This document shows, in pieces, positions 18,678-27,781 of a stretch of DNA of 37,717 bases. The stretch covers positions 1-37,717 of the IMG/VR virus record IMGVR_UViG_3300026299_000059. One strand, written 5' to 3'. The notes beneath the pieces were generated by a model that saw only the letters and a list, made by a program, of their open reading frames with translations, was not told the DNA's origin and did not search any database. Made by a program: the position numbers and the translations under genes. This stretch comes from a virus. Lineage: Duplodnaviria; Caudoviricetes. How positions within the stretch are numbered: position 1 is the stretch's first letter; every line of letters begins with the position of its first letter.

Positions 18678-20229
18678 AACCGAACTGAAAGCCGCCAAAG
18701 AGCGATATTTTGAGCTCTCAAAATACATCAATGAAATCACCGCAGGAAAGTTGGTGAAAGAATCCGCATCTGAACAGGAAGACCGGATTAAATGGCTTTT
18801 AAAACCTGAAAATTATATCAAGTTTTTCGATTATTATTTTGGTGTGGATTCGGGAATGAGTTTGGCGGATGCGCCGAGTGCAAAATTCCACCAAGAAAGT
18901 TATGAGCGTGTTTTCCGTGATCCTAAAATTATTCAGTTCCGGCGTTGGTTCCGAGGTGCGGCAAAATCTATTCACACCAATGTTGGAAACCTGTGCCATT
19001 TGAAGCAAAATAATGAGGTGAATTTCGGTTTGATTATCGGCAAGAACGAAGGACTTTCAAAAATTTTACTTTCGGATTTGCAGGCGCATTTGGAAAGCAA
19101 CAATCTTTTCATCAAAGATTTTGGAACACAGATGAGTTACGGAACCTGGAGCGACGGACACTTTGAAACATTAGATGGGAAAACCTTTAAAGCACTTGGT
19201 TTAAACCAACCATTTAGAGGTTTGAGAATTGGCGGAAACCGTCCCGATTTTGCAAGTTTGGATGATGTGGAAGACCGTGACCAAGCAAAAAATAAGGATA
19301 TGGTGCGGAAGTACGGCGATAAAATTGTAGGCGATTTAATGAAGGGGTTCCACTTTAAACGCGGTCGCTTAATTATTCCTAACAACTACATTGTAAAGGA
19401 TGGAATTAATGACTATATCCTGAACAAAAAGAAGGACAGCACACATTTGCATGTTCACACGGTGAATTTATCCGACGACGATTTTAATCCAAGTTGGGAT
19501 GAGCGAATGACCAGGGAAGATGTAATTGAAATCAACAGCGAAACCGATTACTACACCTCGCAACGTGAAGACTACAACAATCCGATTGAGGAAGGGAAAC
19601 TTTTCAAAGCAAAAGATATTGTAAAAACACCCATTGCGGAAAATGAAGTTTTTGACGGCCTTCTTGACCATTGGGATTTATCCTATACCGGAACCGGTGA
19701 CTATAAAGCGGGTGTTTTGCTTGGAGTGAAAGGAATGAAACTTTTTGTTTTGGAAGTTTTTTGCCAAAGGTGCGAGATAAATTCAGCGATGGAAACGCGC
19801 GCAAAATGGTTCAAAAAATATTTAGCAAAAGGTTACAATATGATGGGCTTCTTTGATGCAACCGCGGCGCAACAGGCGGTTTATACTCCAATCATTCTAC
19901 AGGCGGCAAATGATAATAAGTGTCCTAACATACCAATGCCGATGCATCAGGAAGGAGACAAACACAACAGAATTGCCGCAGGAATTACCAACGCACTATT
20001 TAGAAAAATTCTGTATTGGAGTGACCAATTGAGCGGAACTGATTATGACAATTTTATGAATCAAATTTTGTCCTTCGAGAAAGGGACGAACGCTAATGAT
20101 GACGCGCCCGATACTTTGGAGAGGGCGATAACGCTTTCACAATTGTATTTCGGTTTCAGTGACCAGGAAAGCGAAGGCACAAAACCAACCATCGGAAAAA
20201 GAAGCAAATCAAGAAATCAAAGAGTATGA
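18670..20229 (+). CDS. terL: Terminase large subunit
   Basis: RGAAKS Walker-A variant, RPDFASLDD Walker B, WDLSY/DYKA and DDAPD nuclease motifs; ATG at 18670. Confidence 0.9.
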   Translation: MTKTELKAAKERYFELSKYINEITAGKLVKESASEQEDRIKWLLKPENYIKFFDYYFGVDSGMSLADAPSAKFHQESYERVFRDPKIIQFRRWFRGAAKSIHTNVGNLCHLKQNNEVNFGLIIGKNEGLSKILLSDLQAHLESNNLFIKDFGTQMSYGTWSDGHFETLDGKTFKALGLNQPFRGLRIGGNRPDFASLDDVEDRDQAKNKDMVRKYGDKIVGDLMKGFHFKRGRLIIPNNYIVKDGINDYILNKKKDSTHLHVHTVNLSDDDFNPSWDERMTREDVIEINSETDYYTSQREDYNNPIEEGKLFKAKDIVKTPIAENEVFDGLLDHWDLSYTGTGDYKAGVLLGVKGMKLFVLEVFCQRCEINSAMETRAKWFKKYLAKGYNMMGFFDATAAQQAVYTPIILQAANDNKCPNIPMPMHQEGDKHNRIAAGITNALFRKILYWSDQLSGTDYDNFMNQILSFEKGTNANDDAPDTLERAITLSQLYFGFSDQESEGTKPTIGKRSKSRNQRV

Positions 20230-20828
20230 CACCACGCAAAGAACTTTTCATAAAAATTAAGGAACGCCTTCAGGAAATTCCGCAGCTTGAATTAATCGAC
20301 CTGCACCGGAACCAATTTGAAAGCGAACAATTTCCAAATCTTTTTGTGGCTGCTTTAATACGCATTAACAAAATCACTTGGGAAACGATGGTTGAGCAAA
20401 ACCAACGTGGAGATTCCACGGTGGATATTGTCTTTTATTGCCGTGACGGTTGGAACGAACAGCACGCGGGAACCAAAGACCATAACGGCGGACTCACCGA
20501 AATGGATTTGCTCGATGAAATCGCAGATAAATTACAGTTCCTTCGTGGTGAACAGTTCACCGCATTGGAGCAGTTTGAAGATGAAACCGTAGAGCAGGGA
20601 ATGGCGGGAATGTTCAGCTATCGCCAAAGTTTTTCAACGATGATTTATAGAAAATTGGCACCGAGATATTCTAACAAAAAACATTCAATTTCAAAAACCA
20701 TAAAAGATGGCATTTTTAACGAAAGACGAATTAAAAACCGTTGCACCTTCCGATTTTGTGGAAATCGTTTTGGGAACCGACACCCAAATCGTGGAAACGA
20801 TTATCGCAGAAATGACGGACTTAATTAA
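20226..20828 (+). CDS. Tail terminator/neck protein (Mu gp37-like); true end may be near 20703
   Basis: Synteny and IDLHRNQF...LLDEIADKL pattern; 122-nt overlap with the next gene. Confidence 0.55.
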   Translation: MTPRKELFIKIKERLQEIPQLELIDLHRNQFESEQFPNLFVAALIRINKITWETMVEQNQRGDSTVDIVFYCRDGWNEQHAGTKDHNGGLTEMDLLDEIADKLQFLRGEQFTALEQFEDETVEQGMAGMFSYRQSFSTMIYRKLAPRYSNKKHSISKTIKDGIFNERRIKNRCTFRFCGNRFGNRHPNRGNDYRRNDGLN

Positions 20829-21135
20829 AACCAATATCGGCAGCTATTACGATGCGGAAAAAATCTTTTCCAAGGAAGGAAACGACCGCAGTTTGACGGT
20901 TCTCAATTACCTAAAGGATTTGGTTTGGTACAAACTTTTGAAGCGCAGGAAACCGCAGAACCTTAACGAAGACGAATATAACGAAGCCATGAAGTGGCTT
21001 GAAGATATTTCTTCCGGAAAAAGAAAGGCAAATCTTCCGCCACTTTTGGAAGATACAGACGGCGATGGAGTTCCCGACTCAGAAGTTCCATTTATGAAAT
21101 TAGGCAGCCGCAGAACTTATGGCAATCACTGGTAA
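20707..21135 (+). CDS. Head-tail adaptor (Mu gp36/DUF1320-like)
   Basis: MAFLTKDEL...YNEAMKWLEDISSGK motif. Confidence 0.75.
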   Translation: MAFLTKDELKTVAPSDFVEIVLGTDTQIVETIIAEMTDLIKTNIGSYYDAEKIFSKEGNDRSLTVLNYLKDLVWYKLLKRRKPQNLNEDEYNEAMKWLEDISSGKRKANLPPLLEDTDGDGVPDSEVPFMKLGSRRTYGNHW

Positions 21136-21611
21136 TGGCAGATTTAATAGACTTACAGCGAAAACTCGACCAATTGGCGGAGAAACTACCTGAAATTGCT
21201 TTGGGCGCTCTTGAAGTGGAGGGTGTGAATTTCGTTAATAAAAATTTTCGAGATCAAGGATATAATGATAACGGACTTTCTAAATGGAAACCGAGAAAAA
21301 CCACCGACAGAAAAGGTAGAGATTTAACAAGGAAAAGAAATGGCGAACTTACCAAATTTGGAAGAGAAAATATTGGCAGAGCCATTTTAGTTGGACACAA
21401 TACCGGTGGTGACAAATTAAAAAACTCATTTAGAACTCGCCGAACTAAATTAGGGGTTATTTTCTTCTTTTATAAGGGGTATATGAAATTCCATAACGAG
21501 GGAACAGACAAACTACCCAAACGCCAATTTATAGGTAACGACTCCAAATATTTAGATGAGCAAGTAATAAAAAAAATAAATAGGCATTTAGACCAAATTT
21601 TTAGACAGTAA
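21135..21611 (+). CDS. Virion morphogenesis protein (Mu gpG-like)
   Basis: WKPRK and FHNEGTDKLPKRQFIG motifs. Confidence 0.75.
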   Translation: MADLIDLQRKLDQLAEKLPEIALGALEVEGVNFVNKNFRDQGYNDNGLSKWKPRKTTDRKGRDLTRKRNGELTKFGRENIGRAILVGHNTGGDKLKNSFRTRRTKLGVIFFFYKGYMKFHNEGTDKLPKRQFIGNDSKYLDEQVIKKINRHLDQIFRQ

Positions 21612-21617
21612 AAAATT

Positions 21618-22847
21618 ATGAAATTCCATCAAACTACCACCGATATCAGCGGAAATCTTTTTAAGAGTTCCATTAAGTTAGGAAAAAACAACGTTCAAAA
21701 CGTGGAGAAAGTCACCAAATTTATGGTAGATTCTTTGAAGCGTGCAAGAACATTGTGGCGCAAAGAAATCATCCATTGGCAACAGGCAAGAGCATCGCGC
21801 TACAGCCAAACAATGCCGCGCAATTTCCTTATGCAGGACTTATACGATGACGTGTTGATGGACGCACATTTGCACGGAATCACCGAAAACCGCACACTAA
21901 GAACCACTAACAAAGATTTTATTTTCGTGGACAAAGAAGGCAAGAAAAACGATGAATTGACCGAGTTTATAAAAGATAAATCGTGGTTTGAAAATTTTAT
22001 TGAAATCGCTCACAAGTCAACATACTACGGAACAGGTGTTGTGTTTTTCAAAGAAACTGACAAGAACGGCTTTACAGAGGTGGAGGAAGTTCGTCGCCAT
22101 TCTGTGGTTCCGGAACTCTCAATGATTTTCACAGACGCAGGTCAGCAAACCGGACTGAATTATAATGAATTTCCTTTCGAGCTTTGCGAGGTTCAGATGT
22201 ATGACCGTATAGGACTTTTAGAAAAAGCCGCGCCTTACACCATTTTAAAACGCCATTCGTGGGGTTCTTGGGATGAGTTTGAGGAACTGTTTGGTGTTCC
22301 AATTAGAATCGCCAAAATCGCCTCTCAAAATGAAACCGTTAAAAAAGAAGTTGCGGGATGGTTGGAAGAAATGGGAAGCGCGCCCTATGCCGTTTTTCCT
22401 ATTGGAACCGAGATTGATATTAAAGAAAATTCCAAAGGCGACGCCTTCAATGTATTTTTCCAAAAATTACAGGAGCTGAACAAAGAACTTTCTAAACTCA
22501 TTTTGCACCAAACAATGACCACCGACAATGGAAGTTCAAAAGCACAGGGAGGAGTTCACGAAAATACTTTAGGCGAAGTTATTTTGGCGGACGAAAAAAA
22601 GTTGCTTGCCATTTTGAATGATAAACTCGTTCCGCTGATGCGCGGAAACGGTTACAACATCCCGGAAGGATTTAAGATTAAAGTTTCCGAAACCAAAAAC
22701 CCGAAAGATCAGATTTTAATCGACGGTGAACTTTTGCGAAACGGTTATGTTTTAAAACAGTCCTATTTAGAGGATGTTTATGGCGCTGAAATTGAGTCGA
22801 TGCCTAATAATACCAAAACAGAATTTGAACAGGGAAAAAAGCCGTAA
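21618..22847 (+). CDS. Portal protein (DUF935/Mu gp29-like)
   Basis: ELFGVPIRIAK and ELSKLILHQTMTT...GSSKAQGGVH motifs. Confidence 0.9.
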   Translation: MKFHQTTTDISGNLFKSSIKLGKNNVQNVEKVTKFMVDSLKRARTLWRKEIIHWQQARASRYSQTMPRNFLMQDLYDDVLMDAHLHGITENRTLRTTNKDFIFVDKEGKKNDELTEFIKDKSWFENFIEIAHKSTYYGTGVVFFKETDKNGFTEVEEVRRHSVVPELSMIFTDAGQQTGLNYNEFPFELCEVQMYDRIGLLEKAAPYTILKRHSWGSWDEFEELFGVPIRIAKIASQNETVKKEVAGWLEEMGSAPYAVFPIGTEIDIKENSKGDAFNVFFQKLQELNKELSKLILHQTMTTDNGSSKAQGGVHENTLGEVILADEKKLLAILNDKLVPLMRGNGYNIPEGFKIKVSETKNPKDQILIDGELLRNGYVLKQSYLEDVYGAEIESMPNNTKTEFEQGKKP

Positions 22848-23647
22848 GCCGGCTTGAATTGAACTTCCGCAGTAAGTGTTGCAATCACGAACCAATAAAA
22901 CTTACTGCGGATTTTAGTTTAAGTCGGCTTGTTGAAGATTATCTCACCGAACTTTTCAATGAAAAAAATGTTTCCGAAGCCAATCGGGAAAAATTGTGGA
23001 CCTACTATTATGAAAAACTTTCAGGTGGAATTGATAAGGTTTTCACGCCCGCAATTTTAGAGGACAGTTCGGAACTCGCCAATTCCTTAAAGTTCAGTAT
23101 CGCCGAATTTTCCGCTTTCAAAGAGACTGCGTTCCGTAAGGACTTGGAAGATTTGATGACGAAAGACGGCAAATTCGTTCCGTGGTCTGAATTTAAAAAA
23201 GAGGCGATGAAGGTTTCCGGAGACTATAATTCACGTTGGCTGGAAACCGAGTATCATCAAACCGTTGCAAACGCTCAAAGTGCCGCAAAATGGAAAGATT
23301 ATCAACGTAACAAAGATTTGTATCCTAATTTGAGGTATTGCACCATTGGCGATGATCGTGTGCGTCCGGAACATCAAGTGATGGACGGAATTGTTAAACC
23401 TCTTGATGATCCATTTTGGAATAATTGGATGCCGCCGAATGATTGGGGTTGCAGATGCTATGTGGAGCAAACTGATGACGAGCCAACCGGAACGGTTTCG
23501 GGAGGTGACCAGCTGAAAATTGAGTTTGAAAATAATCCAGGAAAGACCGGACGAATTTTTAACGAAGAAATTTCCTACCGAATTTCACTCACCGAAGAGG
23601 AAGTAAAGCAGGTTGAAGAAAATTTAAAAAAGTGGCAGGAAAAATAA
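22835..23647 (+). CDS. Mu gpF/SPP1 gp7-like minor head protein, probably made as a -1 frameshift fusion to portal
   Basis: LETEY, DDRVRPEH and PPNDWGCRC motifs; no ATG near the start; frame open from A_AAA_AAG at 22835-22841. Confidence 0.85.
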   Translation, partial: KKAVSRLELNFRSKCCNHEPIKLTADFSLSRLVEDYLTELFNEKNVSEANREKLWTYYYEKLSGGIDKVFTPAILEDSSELANSLKFSIAEFSAFKETAFRKDLEDLMTKDGKFVPWSEFKKEAMKVSGDYNSRWLETEYHQTVANAQSAAKWKDYQRNKDLYPNLRYCTIGDDRVRPEHQVMDGIVKPLDDPFWNNWMPPNDWGCRCYVEQTDDEPTGTVSGGDQLKIEFENNPGKTGRIFNEEISYRISLTEEEVKQVEENLKKWQEK

Positions 23648-23651
23648 TATT

Positions 23652-23684
23652 AAAAAGCGCTTCAAAACAATTGAAACGCTTTTT
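23652..23684. terminator. Bidirectional terminator between convergent operons
   Basis: AAAAAGCG-TTCAA...TTGAA-CGCTTTTT imperfect hairpin. Confidence 0.65.
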
Positions 23685-23687
23685 AGA

Positions 23688-23870
23688 TTACTGATAAATA
23701 CCTCGCTGTTTTAAGATGGCGGAAACCGTGGTGGAAGATATTGGTGGGAACTGCTTTGCCGTTTCCTCCAAAAGTGCGGAGAGCTTCCATTGCGGATGCT
23801 TTTTTTCGAGTTGCGAGAAATACTCTCTCACTCTTTCATTTCTTTGCCGTAACCGCTCTTTTCTTCCCAT
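23688..23870 (-). CDS. Small basic HTH-like protein, candidate Mor/C-like late regulator
   Basis: RNERVREYF...ISSTTVSAIL pattern; last gene of the early block; TACTTTTG box upstream. Confidence 0.5.
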   Translation of the reverse strand: MGRKERLRQRNERVREYFSQLEKKHPQWKLSALLEETAKQFPPISSTTVSAILKQRGIYQ

Positions 23871-23917
23871 GTTTATTGCAAAAGTAGGGGATTGGTTTTA
23901 TTTATGCAAGATGGAGA

Positions 23918-24346
23918 TTAGTAAGTGATTTCAATTACTTTCCAACTTTCGGTTTTTAACGGATCACCTCCCAAATATTGCAATGTTGCAAAATATTGAA
24001 TTTCACTTTTTACACCAAAAGCATTTTTCGCCGTTAAACCGCCAACAACATTATATACACTGTCTGATTTTTTTTCAGTCAATTTCGGCAGGAAATCAAA
24101 ATCGGATTCAGCAGGATAATTCAATTGAGTTTTTACAAATTTTTGTGATACAATAAACGCTTCTGAAGTAAAATCGTTATTTACGGCTTCAACTTTTTCG
24201 GCTTTTTGTTTTTCGTGGGATTCATCACCTGGCAAGAACATCAATATGGTAAATAGAACCACAATTGGGGGCAAGCCATAAAGCAATATTTTCTTATTAA
24301 TTCTCGTTCTTTTTTCTAATTGCTCAGGAGTTAAATTTGTTTTCAT
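23918..24346 (-). CDS. Single-TM membrane protein (moron-like)
   Basis: TM YGLPPIVVLFTILMFLPG; AKNAFGV motif; preceded by a hairpin at ~24383-24402. Confidence 0.6.
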   Translation of the reverse strand: MKTNLTPEQLEKRTRINKKILLYGLPPIVVLFTILMFLPGDESHEKQKAEKVEAVNNDFTSEAFIVSQKFVKTQLNYPAESDFDFLPKLTEKKSDSVYNVVGGLTAKNAFGVKSEIQYFATLQYLGGDPLKTESWKVIEITY

Positions 24347-24427
24347 AACATAAAATTTTAATAATTGTTTAAAGATAAGAAAAAGCCGGAATTTCACCGG
24401 CTAAAATTTAGTTGAACCGAAATTGAT

Positions 24428-24763
24428 TTAAATCAGCGGCGGTTTTGTAAATTTTTTCTGAAACTCGCGGATCGCCACATTATACCAAATGTTTTTCTCT
24501 TCCGGCATTTCCGCACCTTTCACGGCGCATTTTTCGGTGCGTCGAAAAGTTTCATATCCATTGGGAAAGGTTTCATCCTGAAAGAAAAATTCCGCTTCCA
24601 ACAGCAGGTAACCTTTTTTGCGCAACGCTTCCAAAATCTCTTCTTTGTTATATTCGAAGCCGTTTAATTTTAGGGTGTTCATGTCTTTTGGTTTATTTTT
24701 GTTTTTTGATTCGCTTTTGCCATAAATGGAGTGCCCTTTTATGTCATATCCTATAATCTCCAT
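24428..24763 (-). CDS. Hypothetical protein
   Basis: ATG at 24763 in TAATG overlap. Confidence 0.55.
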   Translation of the reverse strand: MEIIGYDIKGHSIYGKSESKNKNKPKDMNTLKLNGFEYNKEEILEALRKKGYLLLEAEFFFQDETFPNGYETFRRTEKCAVKGAEMPEEKNIWYNVAIREFQKKFTKPPLI

Positions 24764-25179
24764 TATCTCCAAAATTTTTGGTTTAAGTAGGTCGCCGGAT
24801 ACGGAAACGCCGTGCCGTCGCTTTTTAATTTTTTTAATTCTTCGATGTAGAGGATGGCTTCCAATTGGTCGGTTTTGCCAAGTTTGTTCCACATCTTTTC
24901 AGTTTGCTCACGTCTCCCGACGTGGCGGGGGTATGCTCTGTAAAAAGCATCAAAATTAACTTCGGTAACTTCTACGAAAATCCAAGTCATTCCGGGTTTT
25001 TGGTTCTGCAGCTCAAAAAGCATTTTTTCTAAACTTGCGGGAAAAATGTATTTCATTTTTTCCACTTTTTCTGCCCTCCAATCACCGTCAAATTCCAATA
25101 CCTGTAAAACGCCTTTTAAATTATATTGAAAGGTTATTTTTAGACCGGTTTTAAAGTTTTTAGCGATAAAGGTTCTCAT
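24763..25179 (-). CDS. Hypothetical protein with FDAFYRAYP...YPATYLN helical domain
   Basis: Motif resembles C-termini of phage replication organisers. Confidence 0.55.
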   Translation of the reverse strand: MRTFIAKNFKTGLKITFQYNLKGVLQVLEFDGDWRAEKVEKMKYIFPASLEKMLFELQNQKPGMTWIFVEVTEVNFDAFYRAYPRHVGRREQTEKMWNKLGKTDQLEAILYIEELKKLKSDGTAFPYPATYLNQKFWR

Positions 25180-25502
25180 AATTGTTGATGTAATTCATTG
25201 GTAATTTTCAGACAGGTATTTTGCTCATAGACTCCAAAGCTCGCAGGGAAATAAATTTCAAAATCGGTTAAAAACCGCCACAGCGCATCGGCTTTGTAAT
25301 AGGGTAGTTTGATGATGAAACTTTTATCTTTTTGGCGCGTTTTTACGGCTTTTTGGAGTAGTTCTGTTCTAAGCTCGATACAAATACTTACCGCACTTTT
25401 TAACGGTCTCGGTTGGTTGCTTAGAAGCAACGTGTCCAATATTTGCATGGCGTTGTTCAGAACCAATAGTTTACTGTTGTCTAAAGTGAGCAGAACTTTC
25501 AT
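25176..25502 (-). CDS. Hypothetical protein
   Basis: ORF with coupled overlaps. Confidence 0.6.
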   Translation of the reverse strand: MKVLLTLDNSKLLVLNNAMQILDTLLLSNQPRPLKSAVSICIELRTELLQKAVKTRQKDKSFIIKLPYYKADALWRFLTDFEIYFPASFGVYEQNTCLKITNELHQQL

Positions 25503-25873
25503 TTTTTATCATAAATAAGTGGGTAGATTATTTGCCCGTTATACTCAATTTCGCTACCCACAACAAAAATTGCGGTCATTTCCTGTATTTTAAAAATTCT
25601 TTTCAATTCATTTTTCAGGAAGGAGCTGTTGAGAAACATACAGCCCGCAAGTTTTTTGTCATCACGAATTTTAAAGCCCGATGATGCGCCGCAGATGAAA
25701 AAGTTTTTTTCATCGTCCTCGTCATTAAAGATTTCCAAAAACTCTGTTTTGTCGGAAATTTTTAGTTTTCGCACCGCGGGTTTTGTAATGGTAAAAACTC
25801 CTCTTTTTAAAGATAACCTTATAACAGGACGACCAGATTTTTCCTGAATCTGAACTAATTTTTTTAGCCTCAT
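25499..25873 (-). CDS. Hypothetical protein
   Basis: ORF; ATG just after the upstream stop. Confidence 0.55.
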   Translation of the reverse strand: MRLKKLVQIQEKSGRPVIRLSLKRGVFTITKPAVRKLKISDKTEFLEIFNDEDDEKNFFICGASSGFKIRDDKKLAGCMFLNSSFLKNELKRIFKIQEMTAIFVVGSEIEYNGQIIYPLIYDKK

Positions 25874-25874
25874 T

Positions 25875-26342
25875 TTAGTTGCAATTTTTAATTGCCGCAC
25901 CTTTTTTCCACCACGCTTCTGTCATGGGATTTTGTGCGCTGCGGCGGTTGTTGTCCTGTAATGCGTGAAGCTGTTGATGCAGCTGCTTCATTTCATCAAT
26001 AGAGTGTGCCTCCAAATGTTTTTTGAATTTGGAACGCGTCAACATCCAGTTATTGAATTGGTGGTAGTGCTCGGAGCCCAATTCTTTTACATGAACTTTC
26101 TCGGCTAATGCAATAATTTTACTTTTCCACGCTTTGCGAATGACCTCTATTTTAAAGGCGTTGAATTCAGCGTCCAAGTCCTTTGGTTTTGGGCGGTGAA
26201 TTTCAAACAGCCGGTTAATTTCATCCGCCGTTAATTCTTCTAAACTGGTGGTGCGAAAACCTGTAAAACCGTTAATCTCTAATGCAACGGAAACTGGGCT
26301 TCCGTCTGCAAATAATTCTTTTAAGTCGTTAATTGTTGCCAT
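25875..26342 (-). CDS. Hypothetical protein, possibly GemA/Mu gp16-like
   Basis: TSLEELTADE and LEAHSIDEMKQLHQQL patterns; early-region position. Confidence 0.45.
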   Translation of the reverse strand: MATINDLKELFADGSPVSVALEINGFTGFRTTSLEELTADEINRLFEIHRPKPKDLDAEFNAFKIEVIRKAWKSKIIALAEKVHVKELGSEHYHQFNNWMLTRSKFKKHLEAHSIDEMKQLHQQLHALQDNNRRSAQNPMTEAWWKKGAAIKNCN

Positions 26343-26351
26343 ATCTGTATA

Positions 26352-26750
26352 TTATTTAGAATATTTGTAATACTCATAATCCATTCTATTTTTCAATATC
26401 CAATCCTGGGCGTTTTCCGAAGCCGGAATTTCACAAGTTTTTGATTCACCCGATTTGAGCTTTACATAAATTGAAATCATAAATTGTTTTTTTGGTTTTT
26501 CATAAATCCGCTCTCTTGCAAGCGCATCTAATCTTGAATCTGGTCTGTCACGAAAACCGTAATTGAAAATATAGTTGAAAACCTCGTCGTCCGGTTCTAA
26601 TTTGGAAATTGCAATTATTTTTCTCTTCCCATCCTCCGAAACCTTGATGTACTCAAAACCATTCCTGTCTTTTTGAACTCGGTAATCTCTGTCATTGTAC
26701 TTGACAGTTCTTACTTGACAGTGTTCAGTATTTTGAACTTTTGATTTCAT
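26352..26750 (-). CDS. Hypothetical protein
   Basis: ORF 132 aa. Confidence 0.55.
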   Translation of the reverse strand: MKSKVQNTEHCQVRTVKYNDRDYRVQKDRNGFEYIKVSEDGKRKIIAISKLEPDDEVFNYIFNYGFRDRPDSRLDALARERIYEKPKKQFMISIYVKLKSGESKTCEIPASENAQDWILKNRMDYEYYKYSK

Positions 26751-26814
26751 AAAATATTGATTTTCAATTTATTTTAATAGTTTCGTATATTTGGGAGTTA
26801 TAAGCAATAATTTT

Positions 26815-27036
26815 TCAGCCAATTCTTACGTTCCTATCATACGTTAAACGATTTTCCGAGCGGCATTTAGTGCTACAAAAATTAATTGAATTTGTTGTAA
26901 TTCTTTGATTTTTATCATTCGAAATAACATCTTTTTCGGTAATAATTTTATTGCAATTTGTGCAACGAAATTCACCCCATTTTAAATCTGATAATTCTGT
27001 AGCGATTGTTTCGCCAAATAAATTTTTGTATCTCAT
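26815..27036 (-). CDS. Cassette 1: small Cys-rich putative Zn-binding protein
   Basis: CTNC...FCSTKC. Confidence 0.55.
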   Translation of the reverse strand: MRYKNLFGETIATELSDLKWGEFRCTNCNKIITEKDVISNDKNQRITTNSINFCSTKCRSENRLTYDRNVRIG

Positions 27037-27125
27037 TTTAATCCTTTTTTTAAATCATTTTTATTCATATTTTATAATTTTCCAAATTATTCTTTTGCCA
27101 TCGCTTTGAAAAAATTACTGCTTAT

Positions 27126-27248
27126 AACACAGCATTGGCAAAATGCAGAGATTAGGTTTTAGTTGTCGCATTTGGCTTAGTTTGCCACGGATTTGAACCT
27201 TTCAGGTTCGGCATCCTTAGTCTGCACTTCGCCAATGCTCGGCTCGTT
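27126..27248. repeat. attC-like hairpin 1
   Basis: AAC-AC-AGCATTGGCAAAATGCAGA...TCTGCACTTCGCCAATGCT-CGGCTC-GTT. Confidence 0.8.
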
Positions 27249-27708
27249 ATCTGCTATTTCTAAACAACTCCTGTTTTCCCCACGTAATTCCGTCATGAGG
27301 TACAATCATTGGATAACAATCCATAAGATCTGAATGAACTTTTTCATCATAATCTTCGTCCCCCTCGTCTGGAATTGCGCCAAATTCATCCTCTATCAAA
27401 TTGTAGATTTCTAAATTGTCAAAATCATCACTGCTAACATTTGTTTTGCTGTCTATCAAAACCCACCACCAATAAGGTCTTTGGTCTAAAGTTTGAAACC
27501 AAATCAATTGCTTGCCGTCTCCAAGTTTTTTCTTACAAACTCGTGGAATAAATTTGGGATATTTTTTTCCCCATAATTTCGGTTCACATTCTTCACATAA
27601 TTCCGCCATCTTCTCGTCGAAAGATTTGCCATCAGAAACAGCCGATAACACAGTATTGCCAATAGTGGCATTGAAGTTATTCTTTGGGGTTTCGTTTTTT
27701 GTTGTCAT
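27247..27708 (-). CDS. Cassette 2: acidic hypothetical protein starting inside hairpin 2
   Basis: ORF 153 aa; stop TAA lies in the GTTA core at 27247. Confidence 0.65.
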   Translation of the reverse strand: MTTKNETPKNNFNATIGNTVLSAVSDGKSFDEKMAELCEECEPKLWGKKYPKFIPRVCKKKLGDGKQLIWFQTLDQRPYWWWVLIDSKTNVSSDDFDNLEIYNLIEDEFGAIPDEGDEDYDEKVHSDLMDCYPMIVPHDGITWGKQELFRNSR

Positions 27709-27769
27709 TTTTGTTTATATTTTGAAGTTAATTTTTTAGTTGTGCCACCATCGGCAATACAAAGCCGTT
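27647..27769. repeat. attC-like hairpin 2
   Basis: AAC-ACA-GTATTGCCAATAGTGGCA...TGCCACCATCGGCAATAC-AAAGCC-GTT. Confidence 0.8.
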
Positions 27770-27781
27770 ATAAGCAAGCTG

